The notes beneath the pieces are model-generated. The model did not search any database. It saw only the letters and a list, made by a program, of their open reading frames with translations, and was not told the origin of the DNA. From the NCBI GenBank assembly GCA_963764165.1, contig CAVXRD010000004.1, positions 704,001-768,000 of the forward strand: a stretch of 64,000 nt of DNA, in the 5' to 3' direction. A program made the translations under genes and the position numbers. Below, piece by piece: positions 42,080-52,545 of the stretch (position 1 is the first letter of the stretch; each line of letters opens with the position of its first letter). This DNA is from an uncultured Verrucomicrobiae bacterium (lineage in GTDB: Bacteria; Verrucomicrobiota; Verrucomicrobiia; Limisphaerales; Palsa-1400).

Positions 42080-42173
42080 AGCAAAAGGCTATGACGAAAA
42101 TGCTGTCTTGTTACAGAGGCGCTCGGCGTGACGCTTACATTTGATTAAACTACAACCCAAATGTAATTACAGT

Positions 42174-42593
42174 TCATTCTGGGATTGTCCTGCACCAATG
42201 GCAACCATGGCAGATAGGACAGCTTGAATCTCCTAAACCCCAGCAAAATTGACACTCGTTTTCAGTAAATTGAATTAACCAATTGCCATTCGATAGCGCC
42301 AAGTGAAAACGTCGCCGATGCATCTGCTTCTCGTCTTTATAAAATGGATTCCTATGAACAGTAATGACTACTGCCTCCAAATTCAAATCGGTGATATTGA
42401 CAATAGCCTCAGATTGGAGCATCTGCAATCTGTATGTGCTTCGGTTTAACCGGTACTCCTCACAATAATATTTTTCTAAAAACGGAGTGCGGCTTGCGAA
42501 GTGTCGTTGCTCTTCAACACATCGCGAGTGAAGGAACTCGCGCATAAACTCTTCAATTGATGGCATACTTGCTGTGATCTGAGACGTGTACAT
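42174..42593 (-). CDS. Putative Rhs immunity protein with C-terminal CxxCxGxG-type zinc finger
   Basis: Directly downstream of the Rhs C-terminus; RFHL...NGNWLI strand; CQFCWGLG..SCPICHG. Confidence 0.55.
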   Translation of the reverse strand: MYTSQITASMPSIEEFMREFLHSRCVEEQRHFASRTPFLEKYYCEEYRLNRSTYRLQMLQSEAIVNITDLNLEAVVITVHRNPFYKDEKQMHRRRFHLALSNGNWLIQFTENECQFCWGLGDSSCPICHGCHWCRTIPE

Positions 42594-42693
42594 GCTTGCG
42601 CTTAACTTCTGGTCATAAATTAAAAAAGTATCTCGGCGGCCTTATCTGACTAATTCCACTTCTCAAATACATAACAGAGCCTCAACGTGAGAA

Positions 42694-45600
42694 TCATGGG
42701 ATAGGTATAAGATTGCGCGGAGGAAAAAGACGCGATACCTCACTACAGACCCAATAGGTCACCGTGCCAACTGTTGTCCAAAAGCAAAACTGCTTCTGTT
42801 GTTCTGTAACCGGCGGCAAAGTTATAACATTTGTCGGGCACGCGGGAACGGGAACTGGCACTGTGGGCGGTTTGGGTGGCGAAGGCGGTTTACACGCGTT
42901 TCGCATAGCGTTGGCTAGTCCAGCAACAGCTAGCACCTCCTGCATGGTTGGATCGTCTTTATCGTGTAATGCATTCACTGCGTCTTGATAGTTTTTAGTG
43001 GCTAGCGCACAAGCGAAACTATTAGGACCAGTCTGAGGGGTCGTTCCGTCTAAGCCGAGCGCATCATAGCCCTCTGTTGGCTGATTTTGTATGAACTCAA
43101 ATAAATTATTACCACCAATTATCTGAAGCAGTGCAATCACTCGAAGCATAACGCCGTTCCGAAATCTACGCAGCTCAAACCCGCTCTCTCCAATTGGGTC
43201 CCTATTTAGCCACCTCTGAAGATTTGGATCATAATAGCGATAAGGATAATACATTAATCCGGAATTAAGGTGAGCCTCTTTTCCGGAAAAGCGATATAGA
43301 TTTGCATCCGCAAGAATGCCGGCTTTCATCAGGCTGTTTCCGAAGGCATCATAAAGATATTCGGCAACAACGAAATTGGACGAATTAACCATCATTGTGA
43401 CGTTGCCATTTGCATCAGAGTGGTAAAATGCAGCTTGGCCGGTTGTCATATCCGTTCGGGCAAGAAGTCCGCCAATGCCGCCGGCGCCCGTTAAACTCCC
43501 GCTCAAATCACTGCCGCATGTGTAGGTCACGCTCGGCACATTATTTGCGTTGCGCTCCTGCACAACCTCGTTGCCGTCATAGACGTAATACACAATGTTT
43601 GTTTGAATCCATGCTCCACCCTGGGACGTATATTCCTGTCGGATTCGGCGGCGCATTTTTCCATCGTACGTAAACTGGCTAAGCCATTGATTGGAAATTG
43701 AAACTTGAATCAGTTGGTTTTCGTCGTCATATGCGAAATTGCGCAAACCGTCGTTGGTCAGGTTGCCATTCCCATCGGTACTGAAAGATCCTGTTGGTGG
43801 AAAGGTTGACGGAGATGGTGTTGGTCGAGTGCCGCCCATAACTGTCAGACGCGATTGCGGTGTAGCCGGTTGTCAGCGGCATGTTCGCCGCCGCAAATGT
43901 TGCGTCGCCGTAACGCGCGGCGTTCGTGCCGTTGACTGCAACACTTGTTGCGGTTGAAGTGGTCATGCCCACAACAGTCAATGTGCCACTACCAGTGTTA
44001 GAGGTCAACTCGTTCAAATTGTTCACCTGAAACTTCTGGATCAAAGCGTTGTTCGTTCGGTAGGCAAGATTTCCAGCGGGGTCGAAGTTGTAGCCCAACT
44101 GTTCATTTAGGCGTAATGTGCCGCCAACGGCCTCGTAGGCCTGATCGCCGATTACTTGGCCTATGGCGTCGTAGGTGTAGTCAACAGAATTCTCACCGCC
44201 GCGTGTTACCTGAGTTCGTTGGTTTCCGTTATTGTACGTGTAGGCGTACAAATCCAGGTTCGTGCCACCGCGGTTGGCCAATGAGGTGACAATTGTTCTG
44301 CCATTCCCATCAAATGCGTTTGTGATGGCAGCGCCGCTTGGCAAAGCGATCTGCGAAACCAAGCGGCTTGCCGTCGTGGCTCCGCCGAGACCCGGATTGT
44401 AAGTGTAGGCGAAATTCCCGGCTGGTGAGCTGATGCTGCTCATGCGATTGACGCGGTCAAAACCGATAATCTGCGTCCAATCGGCAGTGTTAGGCTGTTG
44501 CAGGTCCAGCTTCCACCGCAGTCGGTCTGAATACGAGTACGACACAGTGTCGCTCGCCCAAGGGCCATCCTCGGAGGCAAGTTGTCCGGCCGGTGTGTAC
44601 GTAAAGGTCGTTATGCCGACTCCGTCGGACATGCTGGTCATCCAGTTCATGGCATTATATGTGTTCGTAATCGGGTGGGAGGCCGCGTAGACAACGCTCG
44701 CCAAATTGCCCAGCGCATCGTAAGCATAAGTGGTATTCCCCTTAGCCAGGCTCCACCGGTTGGTCAGACGATTGTCCGCATCATAGCCGTAAGTTAATAT
44801 CGTTGTTGCTGTCGCATCCACTTTGTTTGTAACGCGTCCGCAGAAATCGTATCCCCATGACGTAGTGGATCCATTTTGATCAATCAACGTACTCAAATTC
44901 CCCGCCGAGTCGTAGCTGTATCGGACAACGTTTAGCAAGGCGTTTGTTTCAGTAGTTTTCCTTCCGGCAGGGTCATATCCAAATAAGGTCGCATTTCCTA
45001 ACTGATTCGTGTAAGCAGTTAATCCAAAGGGCGAATAGACGAAGCTTTCTGTTCCCCCATCAGCATAGGTACATGAGAGTATTCTTCCCAGTAGATCAAA
45101 AGCCGAAGACATCATCACGCCATTCATATTCACCGAATTTGTCAATCTATCATTGATATCGTATGATTTGCGGTAGACCTGCCCGGCACTGTTGCCGGCG
45201 ACATATCCAAGACCCGTTTCATAGTTGTACAAGTTTGTGGTGCTAACGCCCGCCGAGTCAATGAAGTTCGTCCCCATGCCCCACGAGTCAAAATTCTGTA
45301 AAATCTCGTATCCGTCAGGATAAATGACGCTGATCTGCCGACCAGCGTTGTCGTAGGAGAATGTCGTCAGGTTTCCGTTTGCATCCTGAATTGAATCCAA
45401 TGCTCCGCACGAGCAGTAATTGTAAAGTGAGTAATATCCCAACGCATTTGTCACCGCGATTCCACGACGAACGCCGTCGTATCCAAAATACGTTGTATTT
45501 GTCAAAGGATCTGTCACAGCGGCGAGATCAAGTTTATTGTATGAATACGAAATCGTTCCGCGCGAATCGGAGGAACTCGTTACGCGCTGCAATGCATCGT

Positions 45601-45990
45601 ATTCATAAGTCGTGGTTAAGCCCAGCGGATCTGTATATGTTAGGACCGTGTCATTGGAATAGGTAAATGAATTGCTTCTGCCAATTTGAATGGCGGTTGT
45701 TGATTGAACCCAATTCGAGTAAGGCCCGCCTGAGGTGTAATAATTGCTCGTAGTAAGGCTAGATGGCGATACTGTTGTAATCAGACGATTCTGTGCGTCA
45801 TAAGTATAGGATGTGACGTATCCAACCGCATTTGTATAATAGGTTAGTTGATGGTTCGAGTTATATGAGTAGCCTTCATCGATATTTCCTGTAGGCCCGA
45901 TGTGGCCAATCAAATCCACTCCATTTGTTGAATAGATATACCGATTCGTCCGGAATAATGGCGTTACGGTCGTTGAGTCCGTGTAAGGTT
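42694..45990 (-). pseudogene. Rhs/YD-repeat polymorphic toxin, 5'-truncated, with +1 frameshift at ~43778
   Basis: YD repeats; Rhs core YRFSGKE...YRYYDPNLQRWLNRDPIGE...YDALGL; ORFs 43727-45919 and 42694-43839 join as ...IFQY/DGNGNL if one C is removed. Confidence 0.88.
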
Positions 45991-46127
45991 GGCTCCAATG
46001 CGGGAAAACGCGCGGCAGAATCCGCGCTGATTGCTCTCAGATTCCAAACTGTTCCTTCGGCGTAGCCGACATTGAAGTAATGGCTGCCTTTCTTTCGGGC
46101 TTCGGAGGCTGTAGAAAAGAATTCGAT

Positions 46128-48596
46128 TTAAAATAAACTCACTGCCGTTATTATCCCCAATTCTAATGTTTCTTTACCTATCTCAGCACCTAGCTGTTTT
46201 TTTATTTCTTCTACTGCATCCAGCCGTTCCTTTTCTAAGCCGGCTTCGACGAGACATCGCTTGATTTGCCACCAACCAGCATCCCAATGTTCGACTTTGT
46301 ATTTCGCGGTCGGTAGATCTTTGAAATTCTCGAAGAAGGTTTTGTAAATTTCCAGGCCAAGCTCCAGAAGTTTTTCACTGGGTGCGTCCAGCTTTTGTTC
46401 CGTCAACCATTTGGCGACAAAGCGGTCATCTGGATCACGCTCAAGCGAGCGCGAAATATCAGAATCGGAAATCTTCCACTTCTCCACGGCGGAAACTTTA
46501 TACGGGAAAAAGTGATTGATAATTTGAAAGGTTTTGTCTTTATATTGGACATTGCGAAGAGAAGCAGTGTGGTTGGAATCGGCAAAAAGACTCCATACGG
46601 CACACTGTCTTACGAAACTAATACCGGGTTTTGTCTTCGGTTGAAGAAATTGGTCGCGGTCATTGATCCAGTTTTTCTTCACATTCTTACGGGCGGCGTG
46701 GACAACCATCGCCTTATCGAAATTCTCCGACACAACAGATAACGCGCCCGCGCTTACATACGGGCCGGAGAGTAATGCGACGTTGTTGTAATGTTGTACA
46801 TCATTACCATTGCACATGAGCGAGGCGAGAAAACCTTTTGCGACACGGTCACGCACGTCGCCGTTGTCGCCTTTCACGGAAATCGCACTGCCAAGAGGAG
46901 GAAAAATTTCCGTGGCCGGCAGCCGTTCAATCCATTTACTCAAGAAGCGGTCGCGATGTTCGGCCACAATTAGCTTGCGGCCAATTTTGCTGGTATCGTC
47001 GTCCAGCACCGAGACTTCTATTTTTTGTGCTTCGAGTTTTTTCGGCTTTGCCAAATCCCAAACAAGAAAGCCGACCGGAAACGAATTGGTTTGTTGCGTG
47101 CCGGAAAATGTCGCCGATGAAAATACAAAGCCTTCCTCGAATCCAAATTGAAAAACATTGTCGCGGAATTTCTGGTCGTTGTTGGCGTTGATGTATTTCA
47201 GCGTGGAGAAAAGTCCGAGATGCGCTTGCTTGCCGGCAAACTCCTGCCGGATGCGAAAAAGAAATTGTGCGAAAAGCTCGCGCGAAACTTCGCCTAGGTC
47301 CCACTTGTGCATGAGTGGTTGAATTTTTGTCCCGCTCACGCCCTTCTTGCTTTCGCCGGAGTAGCCCGCCTTCTGCGACGTGGCGAACGGCGGATTGATA
47401 AAGATGATCCACTTGATGCTCGTGTCGTTAAGGTCGCGGATCAGATTCGACGGGCGTTTGCTTTGATGGTCAAATAAGGACTGGCTATCAAAGACTGTTT
47501 CCACATCGTCGTTGAGGTAGTCGTATTGGAAAACCGTCGCGCCTGGGAAAACTCGTTTGCAATGCTGCACATCCTCATGATGAAGTGTCGAAAGATAGAT
47601 GCTTTTGTAGGCGTCCGCCGGAAGAAACCACTCCAGATTGCCGGTGCCCGCAGCCATGTCCCACAGCCGGTAATTTTTTGTCCACCATTTGGGCCCGATC
47701 ACTTTTTCTAAATAGCCATGTGCCTTTCGTGCGAATGCGACTGGCGTGAAAAATTCGCCGGTGAATCGGCGAATCGGCTCATCGGTCAGTCGGTCAACTT
47801 TTGCGAGAATGTTTCGAATGGCAGCGGCGTCTGTTATTTTGTCGTAATTAGACCAGAACCATTCGTATTCCTTTGGCAATATTTTCTTCGCACGGTTTTC
47901 ATCTGGCCCGATGTGGAATACCACCTTGTTTTCCTTCCGATCGTAGGTCGAACCGTCTGGTCTGATGTCACACAGAAAGTAACGCGAAGATTTCGTTCCA
48001 TTACGAACGGCGTCGCCGAAACATTGATTCCAATAGTCATAAACCTCCTCGAAATTTTCCTCCGTGATGAGTTTCTTGACACGAAAATCTAAAGTGAGCT
48101 GTTCCGCGCGATGATGCGTGAGGTTTTGGCTAAACAATTCGTATTCTGCTGCTTCAAGAACATCAAAAACCTTGATGGACTCCGTCTCCGCAAAAGCGTT
48201 GAGGTCGGTAACCAGTTTGCCGTCAGGTTGGCTTGGCGCGAGTTCCCAATCATATTTTTTCTCATTGTCATAAAACTTCTGCCACTTTTTAGTTTCCGTA
48301 AAAAATGCGTGCTGCCCATCAGCAACGCAAACAACTGGCGGAACCACCTTGGTTGCATGGCCGAGGCGCAGCCGTCGAATGTAATACATCACTTGTGCGA
48401 GAACGGCGGCACGGGAATTACGTTTCTGTAAGCTGCGGGAGAATTTGAATTCAAAAAATATTTCAGGTGAATAAAGGTCGTGACGAAATTCCGTGTCGTA
48501 ATCCAATCCAAAATGTTCGGCGTAGGCGTGTTTCACTTCCTCTTCGGTCTTTGCTTTGACGAGTGCCTTATTGAAACTGGAAAATGTTTTTGCCAT
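46128..48596 (-). CDS. Fused endonuclease-like / N6-adenine DNA methyltransferase (Type IIG-like restriction-modification protein)
   Basis: N-terminal EEEVK...D....FFEFK....Q..YY; GEFFTP; WDMAAGTGNL (SAM motif I); INPPF (motif IV). Confidence 0.78.
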   Translation of the reverse strand: MAKTFSSFNKALVKAKTEEEVKHAYAEHFGLDYDTEFRHDLYSPEIFFEFKFSRSLQKRNSRAAVLAQVMYYIRRLRLGHATKVVPPVVCVADGQHAFFTETKKWQKFYDNEKKYDWELAPSQPDGKLVTDLNAFAETESIKVFDVLEAAEYELFSQNLTHHRAEQLTLDFRVKKLITEENFEEVYDYWNQCFGDAVRNGTKSSRYFLCDIRPDGSTYDRKENKVVFHIGPDENRAKKILPKEYEWFWSNYDKITDAAAIRNILAKVDRLTDEPIRRFTGEFFTPVAFARKAHGYLEKVIGPKWWTKNYRLWDMAAGTGNLEWFLPADAYKSIYLSTLHHEDVQHCKRVFPGATVFQYDYLNDDVETVFDSQSLFDHQSKRPSNLIRDLNDTSIKWIIFINPPFATSQKAGYSGESKKGVSGTKIQPLMHKWDLGEVSRELFAQFLFRIRQEFAGKQAHLGLFSTLKYINANNDQKFRDNVFQFGFEEGFVFSSATFSGTQQTNSFPVGFLVWDLAKPKKLEAQKIEVSVLDDDTSKIGRKLIVAEHRDRFLSKWIERLPATEIFPPLGSAISVKGDNGDVRDRVAKGFLASLMCNGNDVQHYNNVALLSGPYVSAGALSVVSENFDKAMVVHAARKNVKKNWINDRDQFLQPKTKPGISFVRQCAVWSLFADSNHTASLRNVQYKDKTFQIINHFFPYKVSAVEKWKISDSDISRSLERDPDDRFVAKWLTEQKLDAPSEKLLELGLEIYKTFFENFKDLPTAKYKVEHWDAGWWQIKRCLVEAGLEKERLDAVEEIKKQLGAEIGKETLELGIITAVSLF

Positions 48597-49128
48597 TTGT
48601 ATCGCGCATGGGTTTAGCAGCCAGCACGGCAAAGTGCGAGAGAGAAATTTATCGTCGTTAATTTCCGCCTCTGTTCCAAAGGAAGCGGCTGCATCGTTTG
48701 GTGTGGGCTACTTGCACTGTAACCAAGCGTGTGGCTCGTGCGCCAGCCCATTTGTGACGAAAGCGGCGTTGGGTTCGCAGCCCTTTAGCGGAGAATTCGA
48801 CGCCCCGCTGGTAGCACCATTCAGTTTCTAGGAGGGACAAAACTTGCCTGTCGGAATGGAGCGCCAAACAGGGCGGAGCCGAGCGGTGGCTTGGGGGGGG
48901 CGGGCGCCTTTTGACGCGACGGGCGAGCACACAAGCGGAACGCAGGCTAGATTGACGCGCAATCGAGGCTGCCGAGTTTGGTCACGACTTCCTGGCGCAT
49001 CTCAAGGTGAACACGAATGGTGAATCTCCCGCCATGCGAAGCGCGCACAAAATGGTTTTAATAAATTCGCCGATGCAGGTGGCGGGCCTGACGGGATGGG
49101 AGCCTGTCCAAAAAGCCTGTTTGACAAA

Positions 49129-49773
49129 ATGGAAGCAGACGTTAGCATCCGCACAATTGAAATGAACGCTCGTGGTCCAAATCATGATGATTTCATGGTA
49201 AGCAGTTATCCAGTCGAAGTGACTGTGGGACAACTGAAGTCGTGGATTGCACAAAATGATGCGGCCTCCAAGAAAAACCTGTTGGATTTCATATATAACC
49301 GACTCAACTATAGATATATCGAGCCATTGTTGCATGTTGCTCCGAAGGAATTTAAAAGCGGCTTTTTGATGATGGCATCTGCTTGCTTAATGATAGAGAC
49401 ACTGGAGTCGTTTTATGATGGAAGGGATGAAACGGAGTGGAAGGATGGCGGGCCGTCGTTTAAAAGGTTTTTTGAAAGGGAGAAGGTTTTCTTCCCAGGC
49501 TTCGCCGATGATGGAGTTGATTTTTACAGCAACATACGATGTGGCATTCTCCACCAGGGAGAAACAAAAGGCGGGTATCGAATTCTAAGGAACGACGGGC
49601 CACTTCTCGATTCCAATGCAAAATCGATTGAAGCAAATAAATTTTTGACAGCTCTAAAGAATTGCCTAGTCAACTATATTTACATCTTGACGGAAGCATC
49701 AAAAACCGGCTCGGAACGCTGGACAAAGGCAGTGGATAAGATCAATTTCATCTGCGGAAATTGCAAACGTTAG
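49129..49773 (+). CDS. Hypothetical protein with HEPN-like Rx4H motif
   Basis: Helical; CLMIETLE and FYSNIRCGILH; start uncertain. Confidence 0.6.
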   Translation: MEADVSIRTIEMNARGPNHDDFMVSSYPVEVTVGQLKSWIAQNDAASKKNLLDFIYNRLNYRYIEPLLHVAPKEFKSGFLMMASACLMIETLESFYDGRDETEWKDGGPSFKRFFEREKVFFPGFADDGVDFYSNIRCGILHQGETKGGYRILRNDGPLLDSNAKSIEANKFLTALKNCLVNYIYILTEASKTGSERWTKAVDKINFICGNCKR

Positions 49774-49824
49774 GCGTGCTGGGTCTCGAAAAAACCTTCA
49801 ACGATCTCTTCAATAACCGTGCGG

Positions 49825-50200
49825 AAAGGGTGCCTCACGACCCACAAACATGGTTTGTAGGGGCTCTCGCCCGTCACGATTGCCTTCCACGGCTTAACCG
49901 CCGCACCACTTGCTCCCAACGTGTCGTCCGGCTATCGCCCGACTTAAAAGCGTTCCCAAGGGCTGGCGGGTGCAGGTCATCTAGCCGATGTCCTTTACCA
50001 ACGCTTTTAAGTCGGCCGGCACAGTCCGATTGTCCTTTAGCCGCCGACACGTTGGGGGACTGGTATAGGACAAGGCGCTATCGCACCCACGACCGACCCG
50101 CTATCGCGACCGGTTCACGCGGGAAGCGTGGAGCACGAGCGTCGTTCGCGCTGAGGCGCGGAGTACGACGGGTTCGACACGGTCGTGCGGGCGATGCACC
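49825..50200 (-). other. Highly structured non-coding region (candidate ncRNA, oriT or single-strand origin)
   Basis: Nested perfect inverted repeats 49915-49926/50045-50056 and 49939-49954/50000-50015; GGGC-GAGA-GCCC hairpin on minus strand; further stem 50088-50095/50180-50187. Confidence 0.55.
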
Positions 50201-50298
50201 ATAGGTAGCCCGCATGAGGAAACAGTTTTGCCGCCACTGCGGCCCGAAGAACAGCCGCGCCACCAAGCGCGACCTTTTCCGCGCGCCGGCCAGAAAAC

Positions 50299-50314
50299 TT
50301 GCCTCTCGCGGCAA
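50299..50314. promoter_or_regulatory. Operator-like palindrome upstream of the VirD4-like operon
   Basis: TTGCCTCTCGCGGCAA. Confidence 0.65.
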
Positions 50315-50361
50315 CTTTACCGGACTACTCCAATCACTTTAAGGGCGTATCCTAGTGGTAT

Positions 50362-50598
50362 ATGAAAAAAACAAACAAAAGGAAAGGAGACGCGCCAAAC
50401 GCATCGCAGAAGAAGCCGGGAAAAAGGGGTCGAGTTACAAAATTGCCCAAGATGGAGATGTATACGGTTTTGGGACTCGAACTGAGCAAAACCATTCTCG
50501 AGAAAGTTGCAGAAGTTGAGAAATCCGTGGAGATCCTGGCTCGTCAGAAGAAGCGGGAATTGGACTTGGAAGAAGCTGAGAGCGGAACAGATCAATAG
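50362..50598 (+). CDS. Small basic hypothetical protein
   Basis: 78-aa ORF directly after the palindrome; Lys-rich N-terminus, coiled C-terminus. Confidence 0.5.
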   Translation: MKKTNKRKGDAPNASQKKPGKRGRVTKLPKMEMYTVLGLELSKTILEKVAEVEKSVEILARQKKRELDLEEAESGTDQ

Positions 50599-50756
50599 CC
50601 CCAATTCGGATTTCAATACCAGCCGCCCTTACCTCGTCGGCTCGTCCCAAAAGCGGTTGTCGGCGTTCGCGCCCGGCAACGGGAGCGAGCCACAACGAAA
50701 TTTCAAACGACACGGGGAATTTCGGCCTGGCAGGAGTGGCGGCTGGTCTTGGAACC

Positions 50757-52040
50757 ATGAATCCTGACGCATCCATTTTAATCGGAGATCGGCACGGGTG
50801 GGCAGACGCCTACCCTTTCGGCATTTCCGCTGCCGATCATTGCCACCATGTGTATATTATCGGCAAGACCGGTTCAGGCAAAACGACGCTGCTCCGCAAT
50901 TTGCTCATTCAGCATATCACCCTCGGTCATGGCGTCGGCCTCATTGACCCCCACGGCGACCTTGCCGAAGAACTCCTCAATCACATCCCGCCACCGCGAG
51001 CCGATCATCTGGTATATTTCAATCCCGGCGATCTTGAATTCCCCATTGGCCTCAATTTGCTCGCCAATGTCGAGCCGGACGACCGCCATCTGGTGGCCTC
51101 CGGCATTGTCGGGGCTTTCAAAAACATCTGGCGCGACTCATGGGGGCCGCGACTTGAATACATTTTATATAACGCCATAGCGGCTCTCTTGGATTGTCCC
51201 AACACGTCCCTTTTGGGCGTCAACCGGATGCTCACGGATGACAACTACCGTTCATGGGTCATCCGCCAGATCAAAGACCCGTTCATCCGCGCATTCTGGG
51301 CGGAGGAATACGCAAGCTACGATCCCCGGTTCCAGCGTGAAGCCATCGCCCCGATTCAGAACAAACTGGGTCAATTTCTCTTAAATCCGGTGGTGCGAAA
51401 TATTTTAGGCCAGGTCGCATCGAAAGTGAGCATCCCGTTTGTCATGGACAACAGCCGCCTCTTCATCGCCAATCTCTCCAAAGGCCGACTCGGGGCTGAC
51501 AAGGCAAACCTGCTTGGTGCCCTGCTCACGACACAATTCCAACTTGGCGCGATGGCTCGGGCAAAGCGACCCGAATCCGAGCGACTGCCATTTTACCTCT
51601 ACATCGACGAGTTCCAGAATTTCTCCACCGACGCGTTTGCCTCCATTTTAGCCGAGGCTCGCAAGTATCGTCTGTGCCTCACCATTTCCCACCAATATAT
51701 CGACCAACTTACGCTTCCGGTCCGTCAGGCGGTGTTTGGCAATGTGGGCACCTTGATTTCATTTCGCATTGGATATGCCGACGCGGAAGTCCTGGAGAAG
51801 GAGTTTGGCAACACCTTTCCTCCGAGCGCCATTGCCGACCTTGCGCAATATGAAGCGATGGTGAAATTGCTTGAGGATGGAACCAACCGGGAACCGTTTC
51901 GGGCGAGAATGCGTGCGCCCTTGGAGAGCCGGGTGGGCCGTCGCGAGAAACTGATCGCCCGGTCACGGGAGCGGTTTGCAACTCCGCGAAGCAGTATCGA
52001 AGAAAAGTTGAATCGCTGGATCGAAACGGATGCACATTGA
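50757..52040 (+). CDS. VirD4/TraD-like type IV coupling ATPase without TM anchor
   Basis: HVYIIGKTGSGKT, LIDPHGDL, WGPRLE, LYIDEFQN, EARKY, HQYIDQL, FGNVGT. Confidence 0.88.
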   Translation: MNPDASILIGDRHGWADAYPFGISAADHCHHVYIIGKTGSGKTTLLRNLLIQHITLGHGVGLIDPHGDLAEELLNHIPPPRADHLVYFNPGDLEFPIGLNLLANVEPDDRHLVASGIVGAFKNIWRDSWGPRLEYILYNAIAALLDCPNTSLLGVNRMLTDDNYRSWVIRQIKDPFIRAFWAEEYASYDPRFQREAIAPIQNKLGQFLLNPVVRNILGQVASKVSIPFVMDNSRLFIANLSKGRLGADKANLLGALLTTQFQLGAMARAKRPESERLPFYLYIDEFQNFSTDAFASILAEARKYRLCLTISHQYIDQLTLPVRQAVFGNVGTLISFRIGYADAEVLEKEFGNTFPPSAIADLAQYEAMVKLLEDGTNREPFRARMRAPLESRVGRREKLIARSRERFATPRSSIEEKLNRWIETDAH

Positions 52041-52047
52041 ACGCCCG

Positions 52048-52500
52048 TTATCCCAAACTCCGGCACGATTCAACGAATGCAACGAAATCGTCGTTTTGGA
52101 AAATCTTTGATTTCTCCCACACCGCGTGCGGGATTGGCAGCGAGAAAAACGAGCAGACATCCCGGCGCAATCCCTCCAACTTGATGACGATGCCATCCTT
52201 TGTGGCGTAATATGCGCTCGAAAGATGCAGGATGACAAAGTTCACAAACTCCGCCTCGTCCGCAGTGACGGGCTTGTCTGTCAGATCAGCGGAGGGATCA
52301 AGAACACGCGCCAATACAGAGCGGCTGGAAAAGTGCTTCCAAATTTCTCGATGATTCGTCGTGATGGTGAGCAGATTGGCAATGCGCTGCGTTTTGGCTC
52401 CCGACCGAAGCGCAGCGGCTGTAAAGAGAAGACTGCCGACGATGCCGACAGCGTTTAAGAGATTCACCCAATTGTCGGCTATCCAACGAGGGCCTTCCAT
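52048..52500 (-). CDS. Hypothetical protein with N-terminal membrane helix
   Basis: 150-aa ORF; NWVNLLNAVGIVGSLLFTAAAL then helical domain. Confidence 0.6.
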   Translation of the reverse strand: MEGPRWIADNWVNLLNAVGIVGSLLFTAAALRSGAKTQRIANLLTITTNHREIWKHFSSRSVLARVLDPSADLTDKPVTADEAEFVNFVILHLSSAYYATKDGIVIKLEGLRRDVCSFFSLPIPHAVWEKSKIFQNDDFVAFVESCRSLG

Positions 52501-52545
52501 GGCCCCATCCTACCATAATCGGGTGAAATCAGAAAGACGGCTTAG

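Larger units (their letters stand above)
39636..42138 (-). mobile_element. Complete IS66-family insertion sequence with 8-bp target duplication ATTTGATT
   Basis: Ends GTAAGCGTCACGC / GCGTGACGCTTAC; ATTTGATT at 39628-39635 and 42139-42146; three-gene tnpABC layout. Confidence 0.96.

Noticed and set aside
49761..50204. 147-aa ORF across the structured region
   Set aside because: Arg/Pro-rich composition, TTG start and no motifs; better explained as non-coding structure
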